A DNA stretch of 64,000 nt from Mytilus edulis (taxonomy: Eukaryota): contig NC_092348.1 in assembly GCF_963676685.1 (NCBI RefSeq), forward strand, positions 12,958,001 through 13,022,000, in the 5' to 3' direction. The translations under genes and the position numbers were made by a program. Positions 13,183-25,648 of the stretch are shown in pieces. Numbering within the stretch: position 1 is the stretch's first letter; the number at the start of each line of letters is the position of its first letter. The notes under the pieces were generated by a model. The model worked only from the letters and a program-made list of their open reading frames with translations, had not been told where the DNA came from and did not search any database.

Positions 13183-13750
13183 GTACTTAGTTGCATGATT
13201 TTTTTTATTAGTTGTTAGTGGCTTTGAACTACATGTAGCTGTCAGATAACTGCGAGTACTCTCAGATCTGTTCATTGTGTCTTTTTGTGTCAAGATGTAT
13301 AAGTACCGGCCCACGTCCACTTGTGTTTTTGTCCATCTGATGAGTTAAGCCTTTTTCAACTGATTTTTATAGTTCGTTCTTATGTTGTACTGTTATACCA
13401 CTGTCCTAGGTTAGGGGGAGGGTTGGGATCCCGCTAACATGTTTAACCCCGCCACATTATTTATGTAGCAGCCTGTCCCAAGTCAGGAGCCTGTAATTTA
13501 GTGGTTGTCGTTTGTTTTTGTGTCACATATTTGTTTTTCGTTAATTTTTTTTACATAAAGAAGGCCGTTAGTTTTCTCGTTTGAATTGTTTTACATTGTC
13601 TTATTTTGGGCCTTTTATAGCTCACTATGCGGTATGGGCTTTGCTCATTGTTAAAGGCCGTACGGTGACCTATAGTTGTTAATGTCTATGTCCTTTTGGT
13701 CTTTTGTGGATAGTTGTCTCATTTGCAATCATACCACATCTTCTTTTTTA
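13183..13750 (+). repeat. Abundant dispersed repeat related to the 3' region of a Penelope-like RT element
   Basis: Shares tttaaccccgcc...gcctgtcccaagtcaggagcct with the reverse-strand tail of the RT fragment at 39240-39560. Its terminal part (gttgtctcattggcaatcataccacatct) recurs at about 10070, 21126, 21840, 35825 and 36440. Confidence 0.65.
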
Positions 13751-13852
13751 TAAGTTGTTATTGTTGGCATTTTTTTTATGTAAACACTAATAGAAGTATG
13801 TTCTTTATATTGAAGACTTTATCATTTTGATAGGCCACTAGTATAGTATGTA

Positions 13853-14633
13853 TGTTATGGATCACAAGAAAGACTAATAAGACTTCAAATTCTTTACTTG
13901 ATAAACAAACCTCCGGAGAGGGTGAAAAACTGAAAAATACAAAATAAGCAATTCTTACTAACAATTAGCATTACAAAAATTTAGCATAACAGTACACAAT
14001 AAAGTATCAATGCTAAAAACACAATATTTGGTTTTAAATCATCTTTTTTTCTTTTTGTCAAATGAAATGTTCAATATTCAACTTGTGTTATACAATGATT
14101 GTCATTTATAGTCTAAGCAAATTCACAGTTCATAATAGATGTAATAAAATAATTCAGTTACAGTAAAAAACAGTAGCACATGTGCTTGTGGTTTACAGTA
14201 GAAAATAGTCGCCTTTTTTCACGAATCGAAGTGAGTAGTTTACAATAACAAAAATCGCAAATTAAATACTTCTCAAGAGAAAACATCTTAATCAAAGCAA
14301 TGGAAATACAAATCAGCACACTGGATTTAAGAATTAATGTAAACAAAAGGTATGATAAACAGTTCATGTAAAATGACCAAAAAGAATGTTTGTCAACTGT
14401 TTAAGACGACTTGAAATAATATACTTGTCAGAAAAGGTTTATACATATGTAAAGAAAAATATGCTACATTTTAACTTACGCTTTGGTGTCGTGAAGTTAC
14501 AAATTTCATGAGAAATTGTACGAAATTTTGCGTGAACACATTTTCCAAACGTGCCGGATATAAAAATAAGTGTATATAACAAGAAGATAAAAAACAAAGA
14601 CGTGAACTCCGTTTCATTTCCGGAAACACGACA
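13853..14633 (-). repeat. 3' LTR of BEL/Pao element
   Basis: 781-bp direct repeat, adjacent to the polypurine tract at 14634-14643. Confidence 0.97.
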
Positions 14634-14748
14634 CTCCCCTTCTGATTTTTAAAAAATCACCACAAAAAAAATACAAATTTTATGCTTATCTAGCAATATA
14701 CATGTACTGAACAAGAAGATAGTATAAAGTTGCAAAAATAACTGACTG

Positions 14749-17700
14749 TCATTTTGGATCAGTAAGAACGAGAGGAATGAGTTCAACAATTGGTCTTATG
14801 AATGAACTGGGTTTGTCGTCTCTAATAGTTCGAATTTCCACTTTTCGGATTTTCATGTCGGCACTGGGGAAAACTTTTGTTACTATTGCCATCGGCCACT
14901 GTGGTCTTGGTAACTCTTTGTCCCTCATGAGAACTATGTCTCCTATATTTAAGTCCTTTATCGGCAATTCCCACTTTTTCCTTACTTGAAGTGTATGTAA
15001 ATATTCTTTATTCCATTTTGACCAGAATTCATCTGCGAGTCCTTGAACCATCTTCCACTGACTACGTAGCATGTCCTTAGTTCCAAATTGTAGCATAGTT
15101 TGTTCATCCTGTCCTTTCTTGTGTGTTAAGAGCATAGACGGAGATAATACTTCCGGGTTATCCGGGTCAGTAGAGACAGATACTAACGGCCTTGAATTCA
15201 CAATAGCACTGACCTCTGCCATTAGAGTAACTAAAATTTCATGTGTGAGTCTATTTTTCTCACGAATGAGCATGCAATCTAAAATCCTTCTGCTTAAACC
15301 TATCATCCTTTCCCATGATCCACCAAAATGTGAAGCATGCGGAGGGTTGAATTTCCATATAGTTCCGTATTGTGATAGCATTATATCAACAGTGCCCTTT
15401 TCAATGAATTCAGCTGTGATTCCTAAATCTTGTATTGCACCAACAAAATTTGTTCCTCTATCTGATCAAATAAGTTTAACAGATCCTCTGATAGCAATGA
15501 AACGACGATATGCATTGATAAAACTGGCGCTACTCATTTCTTCTATGACTTCAATATGTATCGCTCTTGAAACCAAACATGTGAATAATATTGCCCATCT
15601 TTTCTGATTGATTGATGAGCCTCTAGTTTTTCTATGGATGATTTGGTATGGTCCAAAAGTATCGATTCCCACAAAGGTAAAGGGAGGTCCTGGAGTGAGT
15701 CTATCTTCCGGAAGGTCAGACATCTTTTGTACTTTAAACTGACCTCGCAATTTCTTACATGTGACACATTGTCTGATGATTGTAGAAACTAGCCTTTTAC
15801 TGCCTATAACCCAAAAGCCTCCTGAACACAAGGCTCCTTCAGTCATGTGTCTGCCTTGATGACATGTCAATTCATGATAGTGACGCGTCAGTAACACAGC
15901 TAAATGATGTTTCTTTGGAATAATTATTGGCTGAAGATGTAGCTCAACAGTTTTTGCATGTCGTATACGTCCACCAACTCTAAGAATATTATGTTTGTCT
16001 AACACAGGTGAAAGCGACAATAAATTTGACGTAGGAAGTAACTGACCAACGGAACTAATTGCATTGATATCGTTTGAAAATGCCTCTGCTTGCACTGTTT
16101 TGATGATAAATTGTTCCACTTCTTGTCGAGAAGGTGGACTCTCTTGATGTAACTTTCTAATAAAGGCTTTAAGAAACTGAATAGCTCTCACTAGACTTTT
16201 CCAAGATGCAAGTCGCGAAAACCTGCTTGACAATCCTACCTCCTCATTAATGTCAGTTTTATTAGTAACTACAGACGGACGGACTTCTTTATCATCATTT
16301 GGATCGACAAGTGGATACATTTGTTTTCCAATATCTGAATCTTGACTCAAGAATGTTGGTCCCTGCAGGTAGACTGAACTGGGTAAATCTACAGTATTAA
16401 GGCTTCTTGTTGCTACATCTGCTGGATTCAGATCAGTTGAAATGTAGCTCCATTGGCTAGGAGAACTTGATGTTCTTATTCGGTTAACTCGGTTGCTCAC
16501 ATAAACATAAAATCTACGTGTTTCATTAGTTAAGTAACCTAAAACGACCTTACTGTCAGTATAAAAATGAAAACAAGTCGAGTCTAATTTGAGGTGTTCT
16601 TTCAAAGTATCTGCAATCTCGACGGAAAGGACAGCTGCACATAACTCTAAACGCGGAATTGTGTGGCCGTGTACTGGCGACACTTTAGCTTTGCCCATCA
16701 GAAAGGAGACTTCACTTTTATTCTCACCAAACAATTTCAAATAAGCCACAGATGCTATCGCGTCCTTTGACGCATCACTGAATACATGAACCTCCAAATG
16801 TGTAGAGTTTAAAAATGATATATCTGAATATCTACGTGGTATTTGTAAGTTTTGAAGATGAACCAATGAGGATACCCAATTTTCCCATCTTAATTTCAAA
16901 TGATCAGGGAGATCTTCATCCCAATTTGCAGGTCCAGATTCTGACATCATCTCTCGGAGAATTAGTTTTCCATTCATTGTAATTGGAGACGCAAACCCAA
17001 TAGGGTCAAATATGCTATTAATGACCGACAATGCACCTCTGCGAGTGTACGGCTTTTTCTCTGAAGACACTTTGAATGTAAATTGATCGACAGAAATGTC
17101 CCATGAAAGTCCTAAGCTGCGTTGTACAGGAGGAGTTTCAGATCCAAGGTCCAGGTCCTTGAGGTCCGAAGATAAGTCTTCTGATGGAAAGCTTTGAAGA
17201 ACGGCTTTACTATTCGACACAAATTTATGGAGTCGCAATCCACCACCATCTACAAGAGCCTTTTGAGTTCGCTTCATAAGGTCAACTGCGGACTCAACAT
17301 CTGGGCATGACATCAACCCATCATCAACATAAAAGTTGTTATAAACAAAGTCCTGAATGTCATTATCTGCATTTTGCACTGCTCTCCTTAAACAATATGT
17401 GGCAACAGAGGGAGAAGGGCTATTCCCAAAAACATGTACAGTCATTCTGTAATCAATAAGAGGGCGATGAACTTCATTGTTTTCATGCCATACAAAACGC
17501 AAATAGTCTCTATGTGAATCTGTTACCTTAAAGTTGTAAAACATTTGTTCTACGTCTGCTGTCACAGCTACAGCCTCTTTACGGAATCTAAGTAAAACAC
17601 CTAATAAATTGTTTGTTAGATCTGGACCTTTTATTAAGACATCATTCAATGAAGTTCCGCTAAACTTAGCTGACGAATCAAAAACAATTCTCACTTTTCC

Positions 17701-20235
17701 AGGTTTTTTTGGATGATATACCCCAAAAAAGGGAAGATACCAACATTCATTTCCTATGGGTAGATTTGGTGCCTTCTCAGCATGTTTGTTCACAAACATC
17801 TTATTCATGAATTCAAGTATATGCTCTTTTTTGTTAGGGTTCATGCGAAGACTACGTTCCAACGAATTAACTCTCTGCACTGCTTGTACTCTATTATTAG
17901 GCAACACAGGTCTGTCTTTGCGAAACGGAAGAGGTGCAGTCCACCGATTATCTGACCCTTGTTTCACTTTAGAATCCATCAATTCTATAAATAGTTTGTC
18001 CTCGATTGAAGGTCCAATAGTTTCATCGTAAGGTGTTCTCTCAAAGATAAATTCAGGTTTTACAGTAAAAGCATTTGCACAAGGTTGAAAATGAGAGGTG
18101 CGTCCATCTGGCAAAATAAAAGTTTTGTTTACAGTTACAGTTTCAGTTCGATGAATCTGACCGAGACAAGATTCTCCTACGATCACCCACCCTAATGGCA
18201 ACTTTTGAGCATAGGGCAAGTTGTCACCTCCCAAGCGTTGATCAAGAACGTGATGGGCTTGAATCACATCTCTACCAATAAGTAATTCAATTTTGATATT
18301 CTGGTCAATGGGTGGTATGTGCGACGCTATGTTGTTAAGATGATCATGACTAGCTGCCACTTCTGGTGATGGTATCTCATCACGGTTGTTTGGTATGTCG
18401 TTGCATTCAATTAGTGATGGAATGTTTATAGAAGTACTATGATCTAACGCTTCAATTGTATAATGTCTTGCTACTCTACCCATTGTAGATACTTTGCCTG
18501 AGCATGATGCTAATGTAAAATTTATATGTTCAGCATTCTCATTAAATATATCGAAAAACTTTGATGTACCTAATGAATGAGTACTTTGATCATCTATGAT
18601 TGCATATACTTTCTGAGCCATGTGTGTTTTATTTTTTGGATAAACATAAATTGGCAAAATCTTAGCACAAGACTTGCTACTACTTAACGGATTTCCACAA
18701 ATCTTTGTACAAATAGCTGATACATGTGATAGGTTATTAAGCTCCCCTTCGTGAATCTTCTCACTTTCACAGTCATTTACAGATTGAGAGCCGTTATATG
18801 GATCTATGTTTTGGTCTTGTTGGTAAATGTGTAAAGCTGTTGGATGATTTGAACTTTTACAAATATTACAATGTATGTTTTCTCTACAGCTTCTTTGTAA
18901 ATGTTTCTGAAGACTGCAGCAACGAAAGCAAAGCCTGTTTTTCTTTAACAAGTCCATACGTTCAGTCATTGGCTTTTGACGGAAAGCTCTACATTCATTG
19001 AGATCGTGATTTGTGCCATGAATAGGACAAACTTGCTTTTCATCTATTGTGTATACATCAGTTTTTCTAGTAGATACACGCAAATTAGATTGCATACTAG
19101 CAGGATTAGAAGTTTTATTTGTCTGCGGAGCAAACTGAAAACTCGGATCTGTACGCCATTTTGCCATGTCATAAGTAAAGTCAACAAAGAATGAGAATGG
19201 CGGGTACAACATATTGTGCCTTTTCTTGTATTTAATAGCTTCTGTTGACCATTTTTCCTGTAAGTTATGAGGAAGACAATTTACGATCTGATTAACGCCA
19301 GTTGAGGAGTCATAATAAGCGAGAACTTGTGAATATTGTGGATTGTTTTTAACAAATTGGATTTCACATAATATGTCATATAGTTCATACAGGCGTTCAT
19401 AATCTTTGGCAGTATTGCTTAACTTCGGAAAGTTAGCAAGTTTGGTTTTTAAGCATTGCTCAATCAATTCTGGACTTCCATACCGAACATCCAATCGGTC
19501 CCAAATTTTGTGTAAACCACCAACATGATCACTAGCACTGGCAGCTTTGATACTTTCTGCTTGTCTTGCTGAATCTGGACCAAGCCATTTTATGAGAAGA
19601 TCCAACTCTTCTGAAGGAGTCACACTAAGTTCTTTCATAACATCTTTAAATGTCTCTTTCCAAGATAGGAACTGAAATGGGCTATCATTGTATTTGATAA
19701 GTCGTGATAAAACAATATCCTTCCGAGCCATCATCTTTGTGATCAAATTACACAGTTCCATTTGTGAATTATTGTTGTTAACATTAGGAGGCACATATGG
19801 TGTCGATGTATTTGCATATGCGCTAAGTTGTGGAGATTGCTTTTCTGGTGTATTCACTATTGCAATTGGTTTTGTATCTAGTATATGTAGATTTTGAACA
19901 TATTCTTTTGTTCGTTCTTTTTGAAATTCAGATACAGAGTCTAGATCGTCATCCTCTCCTACCATGGACTCATTTTCCAATATCCTGATCTCTGACTCCA
20001 ACACCTCAGTCTCTTCTTTAATCTGAAGGATACTTAATTCTGCCTCTAGGGCAGCCTTTTGTCTTATAAGACTAGCCTGTTTTGCACTGTATTTAACCTT
20101 CGTCTCTAATTGTGCTTTTTTTCTTAATATATCAGATTTACTTGATAAGTGACTGTGATTTGAAACTGAACGACTCGGTTTTATCTGAGTGAAGTCTATC
20201 TGTTCATGCTGTTTTAGTTCTCGGTAGGTTGCCAT
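14749..20235 (-). pseudogene. BEL/Pao Gag-Pol polyprotein (~1828 codons) with one in-frame TGA at 15466-15468
   Basis: Three Gag Cys/His knuckles (CPIH...C, CFRCC...H...C, CNIC...H...H), protease AIIDDQS, RT FYVDD, RNase H FSDAS and TIPRLELCAA, integrase HHCC, GIDTFGP, *SDRGTNF and GGSWERM. ORFs 15466-20262 and 14749-15381 are in the same frame. Confidence 0.93.
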
Positions 20236-20262
20236 TGTCACAACTGGTCGAAGCTTTTTCAC

Positions 20263-21043
20263 TGTTATGGATCACAAGAAAGACTAATAAGACTTCAAAT
20301 TCTTTACTTGATAAACAAACCTCCGGAGAGGGTGAAAAACTGAAAAATACAAAATAAGCAATTCTTACTAACAATTAGCATTACAAAAATTTAGCATAAC
20401 AGTACACAATAAAGTATCAATGCTAAAAACACAATATTTGGTTTTAAATCATCTTTTTTTCTTTTTGTCAAATGAAATGTTCAATATTCAACTTGTGTTA
20501 TACAATGATTGTCATTTATAGTCTAAGCAAATTCACAGTTCATAATAGATGTAATAAAATAATTCAGTTACAGTAAAAAACAGTAGCACATGTGCTTGTG
20601 GTTTACAGTAGAAAATAGTCGCCTTTTTTCACGAATCGAAGTGAGTAGTTTACAATAACAAAAATCGCAAATTAAATACTTCTCAAGAGAAAACATCTTA
20701 ATCAAAGCAATGGAAATACAAATCAGCACACTGGATTTAAGAATTAATGTAAAAAAAAGGTATGATAAACAGTTCATGTAAAATGACCAAAAAGAATGTT
20801 TGTCAACTGTTTAAGACGACTTGAAATAATATACTTGTCAGAAAAGGTTTATACATATGTAAAGAAAAATATGCTACATTTTAACTTACGCTTTGGTGTC
20901 GTGAAGTTACAAATTTCATGAGAAATTGTACGAAATTTTGCGTGAACACATTTTCCAAACGTGCCGGATATAAAAATAAGTGTATATAACAAGAAGATAA
21001 AAAACAAAGACGTGAACTCCGTTTCATTTCCGGAAACACGACA
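20263..21043 (-). repeat. 5' LTR of BEL/Pao element
   Basis: 781 bp. I found only one difference from the 3' LTR (aaaaaaaagg versus aaacaaaagg). Confidence 0.97.
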
Positions 21044-21949
21044 ATGTAAGATAAATTCGTTACACAGTGTGCTAGTGACCTATAACGATATTTATGGGGT
21101 CAGTAAATTCCATATGGGGTGAGAGCAATCATACCACATCTCCTCGTTTTTATATTGTTTGAAGTAGGAAGATAGATACCTTAGCGTAATTTGAAACATC
21201 GAAAAAAAAGAAGTATATTAAAGTGATATTACATTTTCCGATTTGTTTTGTTCAGCTGTTATGAATGTTAATATTTTTTTCATTTAAAGCCACAAAATTG
21301 AAATTTCAAAAACCTTTTATTCAAGTTTTTTAAATGTAGCACGAACTCCTTGTCATAGAATTTTGTTTGTGTTATAATGACACGAAAAATATTCATCTAT
21401 TTCATATTATATACGATTTGATATGTGTTGATGCAGTTATAAGACTAATGCAACCTTACCATATATATTTCGGCAAGTGATTCGTTATTCGAAAATAGTC
21501 ATTGTGTAAGGAGAAAAACAAATGGAAGCAAAAACGTACATTAAATTCTTCACATACGGACACATTGCAACTTCCATTTATCTTTGAGCTATTCTACATT
21601 CTGATATCAGTAAAAATGCTAGTTATAGATACGTTAATTATTGTAGTGTCATAATAATTAGAGTGGCGAAGACCCTTAATGTGTTAAGGACGAGGAAAAA
21701 AACCCTGTTCATACCGATATTAAGCTATGTTTTTAAGGACGGAATTATTTTAACACGCACCCGTAGATTAAGTAATTTGAGATTGCACCCATTAGCATTA
21801 TTTGATTCGATATTTTGATCATTTGCTATTGGATGGAGAGTTGTCTCATTGGCACTCATACCACATCTTCTTATATCTATATAGAGAGTTGATATGTAAA
21901 AAACATAGTTTAACCACATAATTAAACATTTCCCTGTTCCAAGTCAGGA

Positions 21950-24900
21950 ATCTTGTCAGCTTTTACTTTTGGTGAAAATGGCATATCTATTGTCTTTTTT
22001 AGGAAGAGTTATAACCCCTTATTGAAGGAAGTGTCTTATATTCGCTCTTGAAATTATCTAGAATTGTAACATTTCCAGAGGAGTATTTTCTTTGGAAATT
22101 TGTGTATGTGGAAAATATGAGCTGACTGTAAGTGAACGTACATTTTCTTTACTTGCTCACGAAAGTTGCTTTTGCATCTTGTATAATAAGTTTCTTTACA
22201 TTTTCGTAAAACAACTCACAACACAACGTCTACTCACAACACCATATAGCCAGAGTACCGTTGTATTAACCTCCGGGCGAACGGTTCATCGAAGTTGGAC
22301 TTTGGACTTTACGCATTAAGTGTTCACCGACAATGAGTGCTAAAGATCAGATTGGTCGTTTTGATCTGCCGCCTAGGGAACAAGCACAACTTTTGTCTGC
22401 GGTAAATATGATAAAGGATAGACACCTTATTAAGGTTCAAAATCTCTCTATGGCAGAGCTTCGAGCTTTTAATTAAACATTTCCATAAAAAATAATGATA
22501 AATGAGATAAAAGCTTTATTACCAGACTTTAGTGATAGTATTATATCAGAAGCCTGTCACTGCGTATCTAACGCATTAAACAACGAAAGTCAAAAGGTCT
22601 TGGGTGAATTAAAACGTAGTCGCAAGCAAGTTCCAATATCAACCAAAGTTAGCCGAGAACAAGACATTACTGTACCTAAGCTAGTAACAACAGCCAATGA
22701 TGACCTAGAAAATCAAATACATAATGATCCATCTGACTCGTTGGTTAACCTCTGTCTCACGCAAAATGAACCGATAGACAATTGCGAAAATGACGTGACC
22801 AACGCTACTGATTCGGAAAATCTAGACACCAGCCTTACAGCTCTGACAGAAGCCGTACAAACTTCACAAAGCATGGAAATAAGTCATTGCATCGACAAAT
22901 CAGGTGACTGTGGCCGACTCACCTTTGCCAAGATCGAATAAAACTCAAAAGCCTATCAAATCTAGCGGAGCCGACGAAATGGCTAAATGCATTTGTAACG
23001 CTAATAAAAGAGGCGATATGATACGTTTAACGCGTTAAATATATTGATTTCTTTACGCGTTAAAATCTTGTTTTAACGCGTTAAAACTGTATTTATAGCG
23101 TTAAATGTGATTTTATCGCGTTAAATGTTAACGTGAACGCGTTACTTTATCGAGTTTTGACATGATCGGCCTTTCATAGACTGGTGCCGAGATTGGTTTC
23201 ATGAGAAATGCATGAACATAAAAAAGAACGAAAAGATTGGTTTCTGGGTTTGCTCGGTTTGTAGGGACATCCCGATGTCGATCAAACGTATCGAGTAACA
23301 GTCAAACTCTGTAATTTTGAAAAATATGGACATGATCCGTGACGTAGCTTCCAGAATTACGCAGATACATGAACTGCAAGCAGAGAAGGACCACCTTCGG
23401 ACTCTTTTTAACAAGTTAAGTACATCCGAAGTTTCGCCTTTTTCTAAGAGTGCTAGCCGGCGTAAAAATAAATCCAGAAAGAAAAAAAAACTGCTTCGAA
23501 AGTCCCCGAAAAGACTATTGACGAGGATGTTATGAGTCGATTCAACAGTATTCTGACCACAGAACATGTGAGTGACAATGAGGACCTAGTGGAGATCTCC
23601 TGCGACGACCAACCTGGTTCATCGCAATCATCCAGATCGCTCCAAAGGAATCAAAAAGATCTACAGGAAATTTACTGATGGGTAGTTTAATTATACGGGA
23701 TATTAACAAGAACAAATTTTTCCTAGATACGAATCCTATATGTGTCCGTGGAGATAAAACCAACGATATTTCTGAACGTCTATTGGCGCTTCCTAAAGAT
23801 ACTGAGCTAAAACATTATTATTCAAGTTGGTAGTAATTAGTGTTGTGGCTCCAACTTTGAAAATGACACATTTAACGAAGACTATAAAATACTTGTGGCA
23901 TTCAAGGTAAGTGTTGGAAACTGCTGAAATCACTTTACAGTAATGTATCAAACAAAGTTTTGTTTGGTGATTGTGAAACAGACTATCAAGAATTTGGCTT
24001 GAAACAAGGTTATGTCTTGTCTCCAGCTCTTTTCTCTGTTCTAATGAATGACCTCGTAAGTATGCTCGAAGCCAATAATTTTGGTGCCGAACTATCCTCA
24101 CAACTAGTGTATTGCCTTTTAGTTGCTGATGTTGTAGTCCTTATCAGGAAGTCCGAGGCGGAACTACATCGTCTGCTTGATATAACAGCTAATTTTGCTT
24201 CAAAGTGGTATCTAAAATTTAACCAAAACAAATCCAAGGTTATGATAATAGGCAAGCGTTGAGATATTGATAAGAAGTGGCAATTAGGTAACCTGCTCCT
24301 GGAGGAAGCCAATGAATACAAATATCTCGGTGTTTATTTTACCCGTTCATTGACTTTTGCCTACCAAATAAATTGTTACTTAAAAGATAACTTCGAGCAC
24401 AAGCTCAATTATGTGATAAAGTTGCTAAATGAGCATGGATCTTTCAATCGCATATCCTTCGGAGATGCCATCTGGAACTCGGTAATACGGCCATCTATCG
24501 CACACGGTTGTGCTGCATGGCTGCCGTCGTCAGCTTCAGGCAAAAAAATTCTTAAAAATTGGCAATATAAATCGGCGAAATTCATTTTTTTGTACTAATT
24601 GAATATCCCTAAGTCGGCTCTGTTCGTAGATTTGGGTTGGGAACCGATAAATGATTTCCTAGACAGACAAAGGGTGTCTTATTTTGCTAGATTTCATGAC
24701 CTAGATAAGAATAGATGATGTCGAATAATATTTCACGAGCTTAAGGGCTTAACGCTATATCGAGGATGGGGATATCCCCAGTATATGAAAAATGTGTTTA
24801 ATTCTGTTGGTCTTGATCATTTTTACAACTCAAATGTTAACCTGAATATTTTCAAACAGTTTTTTGGAAGGTTTGTTCGTGAAAAATAATTTCAAGTTAT

Positions 24901-25648
24901 AAGAAATAAAAGCAGTCTTAATACGTTCTCCAAATTCAACCTTTCGTCTGGTAGACAGCCTTATTTGTCAAACTTGCTCGATTTTAAGTTTGCAAGGTTA
25001 AAATTGTTAGCACGAACAAATTGCCTACCCATATATCAAGTTTTGTATAGAATGAATATGTCCGAGACTACCATTTGTCAAATGTGTTCATGCAAATCTG
25101 AGGAGTCCGTGGAACATGTCGTTCTCGGATGTTCTGAATATTCTCCTAAACCATGTATACGAAGTTAGTATTTTCCCGATATAAATGAGTACCTAAGTAC
25201 TAACTTCCCCGCCTTTTGCTTCACAGAGTTACCGTCCTACGAAAAAATAAACATACTGCTAGGTGAATGTTTTTATAAGGTTGATCCAAATGTTTGTAAA
25301 CATGTTGACACTTTTAGTAAAAAGATGCTGAGTGAAATGTACACTTACAGATCTTCAATTTTAGAAGATTAAGCTAACTGTGATTTACGTGTGCAGATAT
25401 CAGAAGGCAGCTTAATCGGTGTGATCTCTAAATGTTGAGATTTTATATTAATATATAATGTTGTTATGTTTTACATGAATGTTGACTTGTTTTAAAAGAG
25501 AATTAATTTTTAACTTTGATATTGTCCTATGTGTATTTTATTTAATTGTAAATTATTCATTGTATATGCTCTTAGACGCATTTGTGGGTACCCTGCCTAC
25601 AAGTGCCCCGTTGTAAAGGGGTAGTTTCTTAATAAATATATATATATA
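21950..25648 (+). mobile_element. Decayed, internally deleted non-LTR retrotransposon (CR1/L2-group-like)
   Basis: ORF1 remnants from ATG 22333 with a PHD finger (CICN...WCRDWFHEKC...WVCSVC) and an SGNH/esterase-like segment (MGSLIIRDI...CVRG...IQVGSN). These join directly to the RT C-terminal half (GLKQGYVLSPALFS, degenerate ADD motif, LKFNQNKSKVM, YKYLGV) and a C-terminal CQMC...ESVEHVVLGC finger. 3' stem-loop, AATAAA and (TA)n tail. Many stops and frameshifts; boundaries approximate. Confidence 0.8.
23025..23180. repeat. Insertion of short palindromic repeats (ttaacgcgttaa) splitting the LINE PHD finger
   Basis: About six acgcgttaa-like palindromes interrupt the DMIR / WCRDWFH coding continuity. 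Confidence 0.7.

Larger units (their letters stand above)
13853..21043 (-). mobile_element. Full-length BEL/Pao LTR retrotransposon (7191 bp)
   Basis: Two 781-bp LTRs with TG...CA ends, 5-bp target-site duplication ATGTA (13848-13852 and 21044-21048), polypurine tract GAAAGGGGAG next to the 3' LTR, single gag-pol frame in order Gag-PR-RT-RH-IN. Confidence 0.97.

Noticed and set aside
13337-13370. Hammerhead at ctgatgagttaagcc
   Set aside because: No GAAA or stem III follows.
14158-14367. Duplicated 69-aa ORF (also 20568-20777)
   Set aside because: Incidental ORF inside the two LTRs.
15071-15607. 178-aa plus-strand ORF and other antisense ORFs over gag-pol and the 976-aa gene
   Set aside because: Shadow ORFs of long coding regions with no independent motifs.
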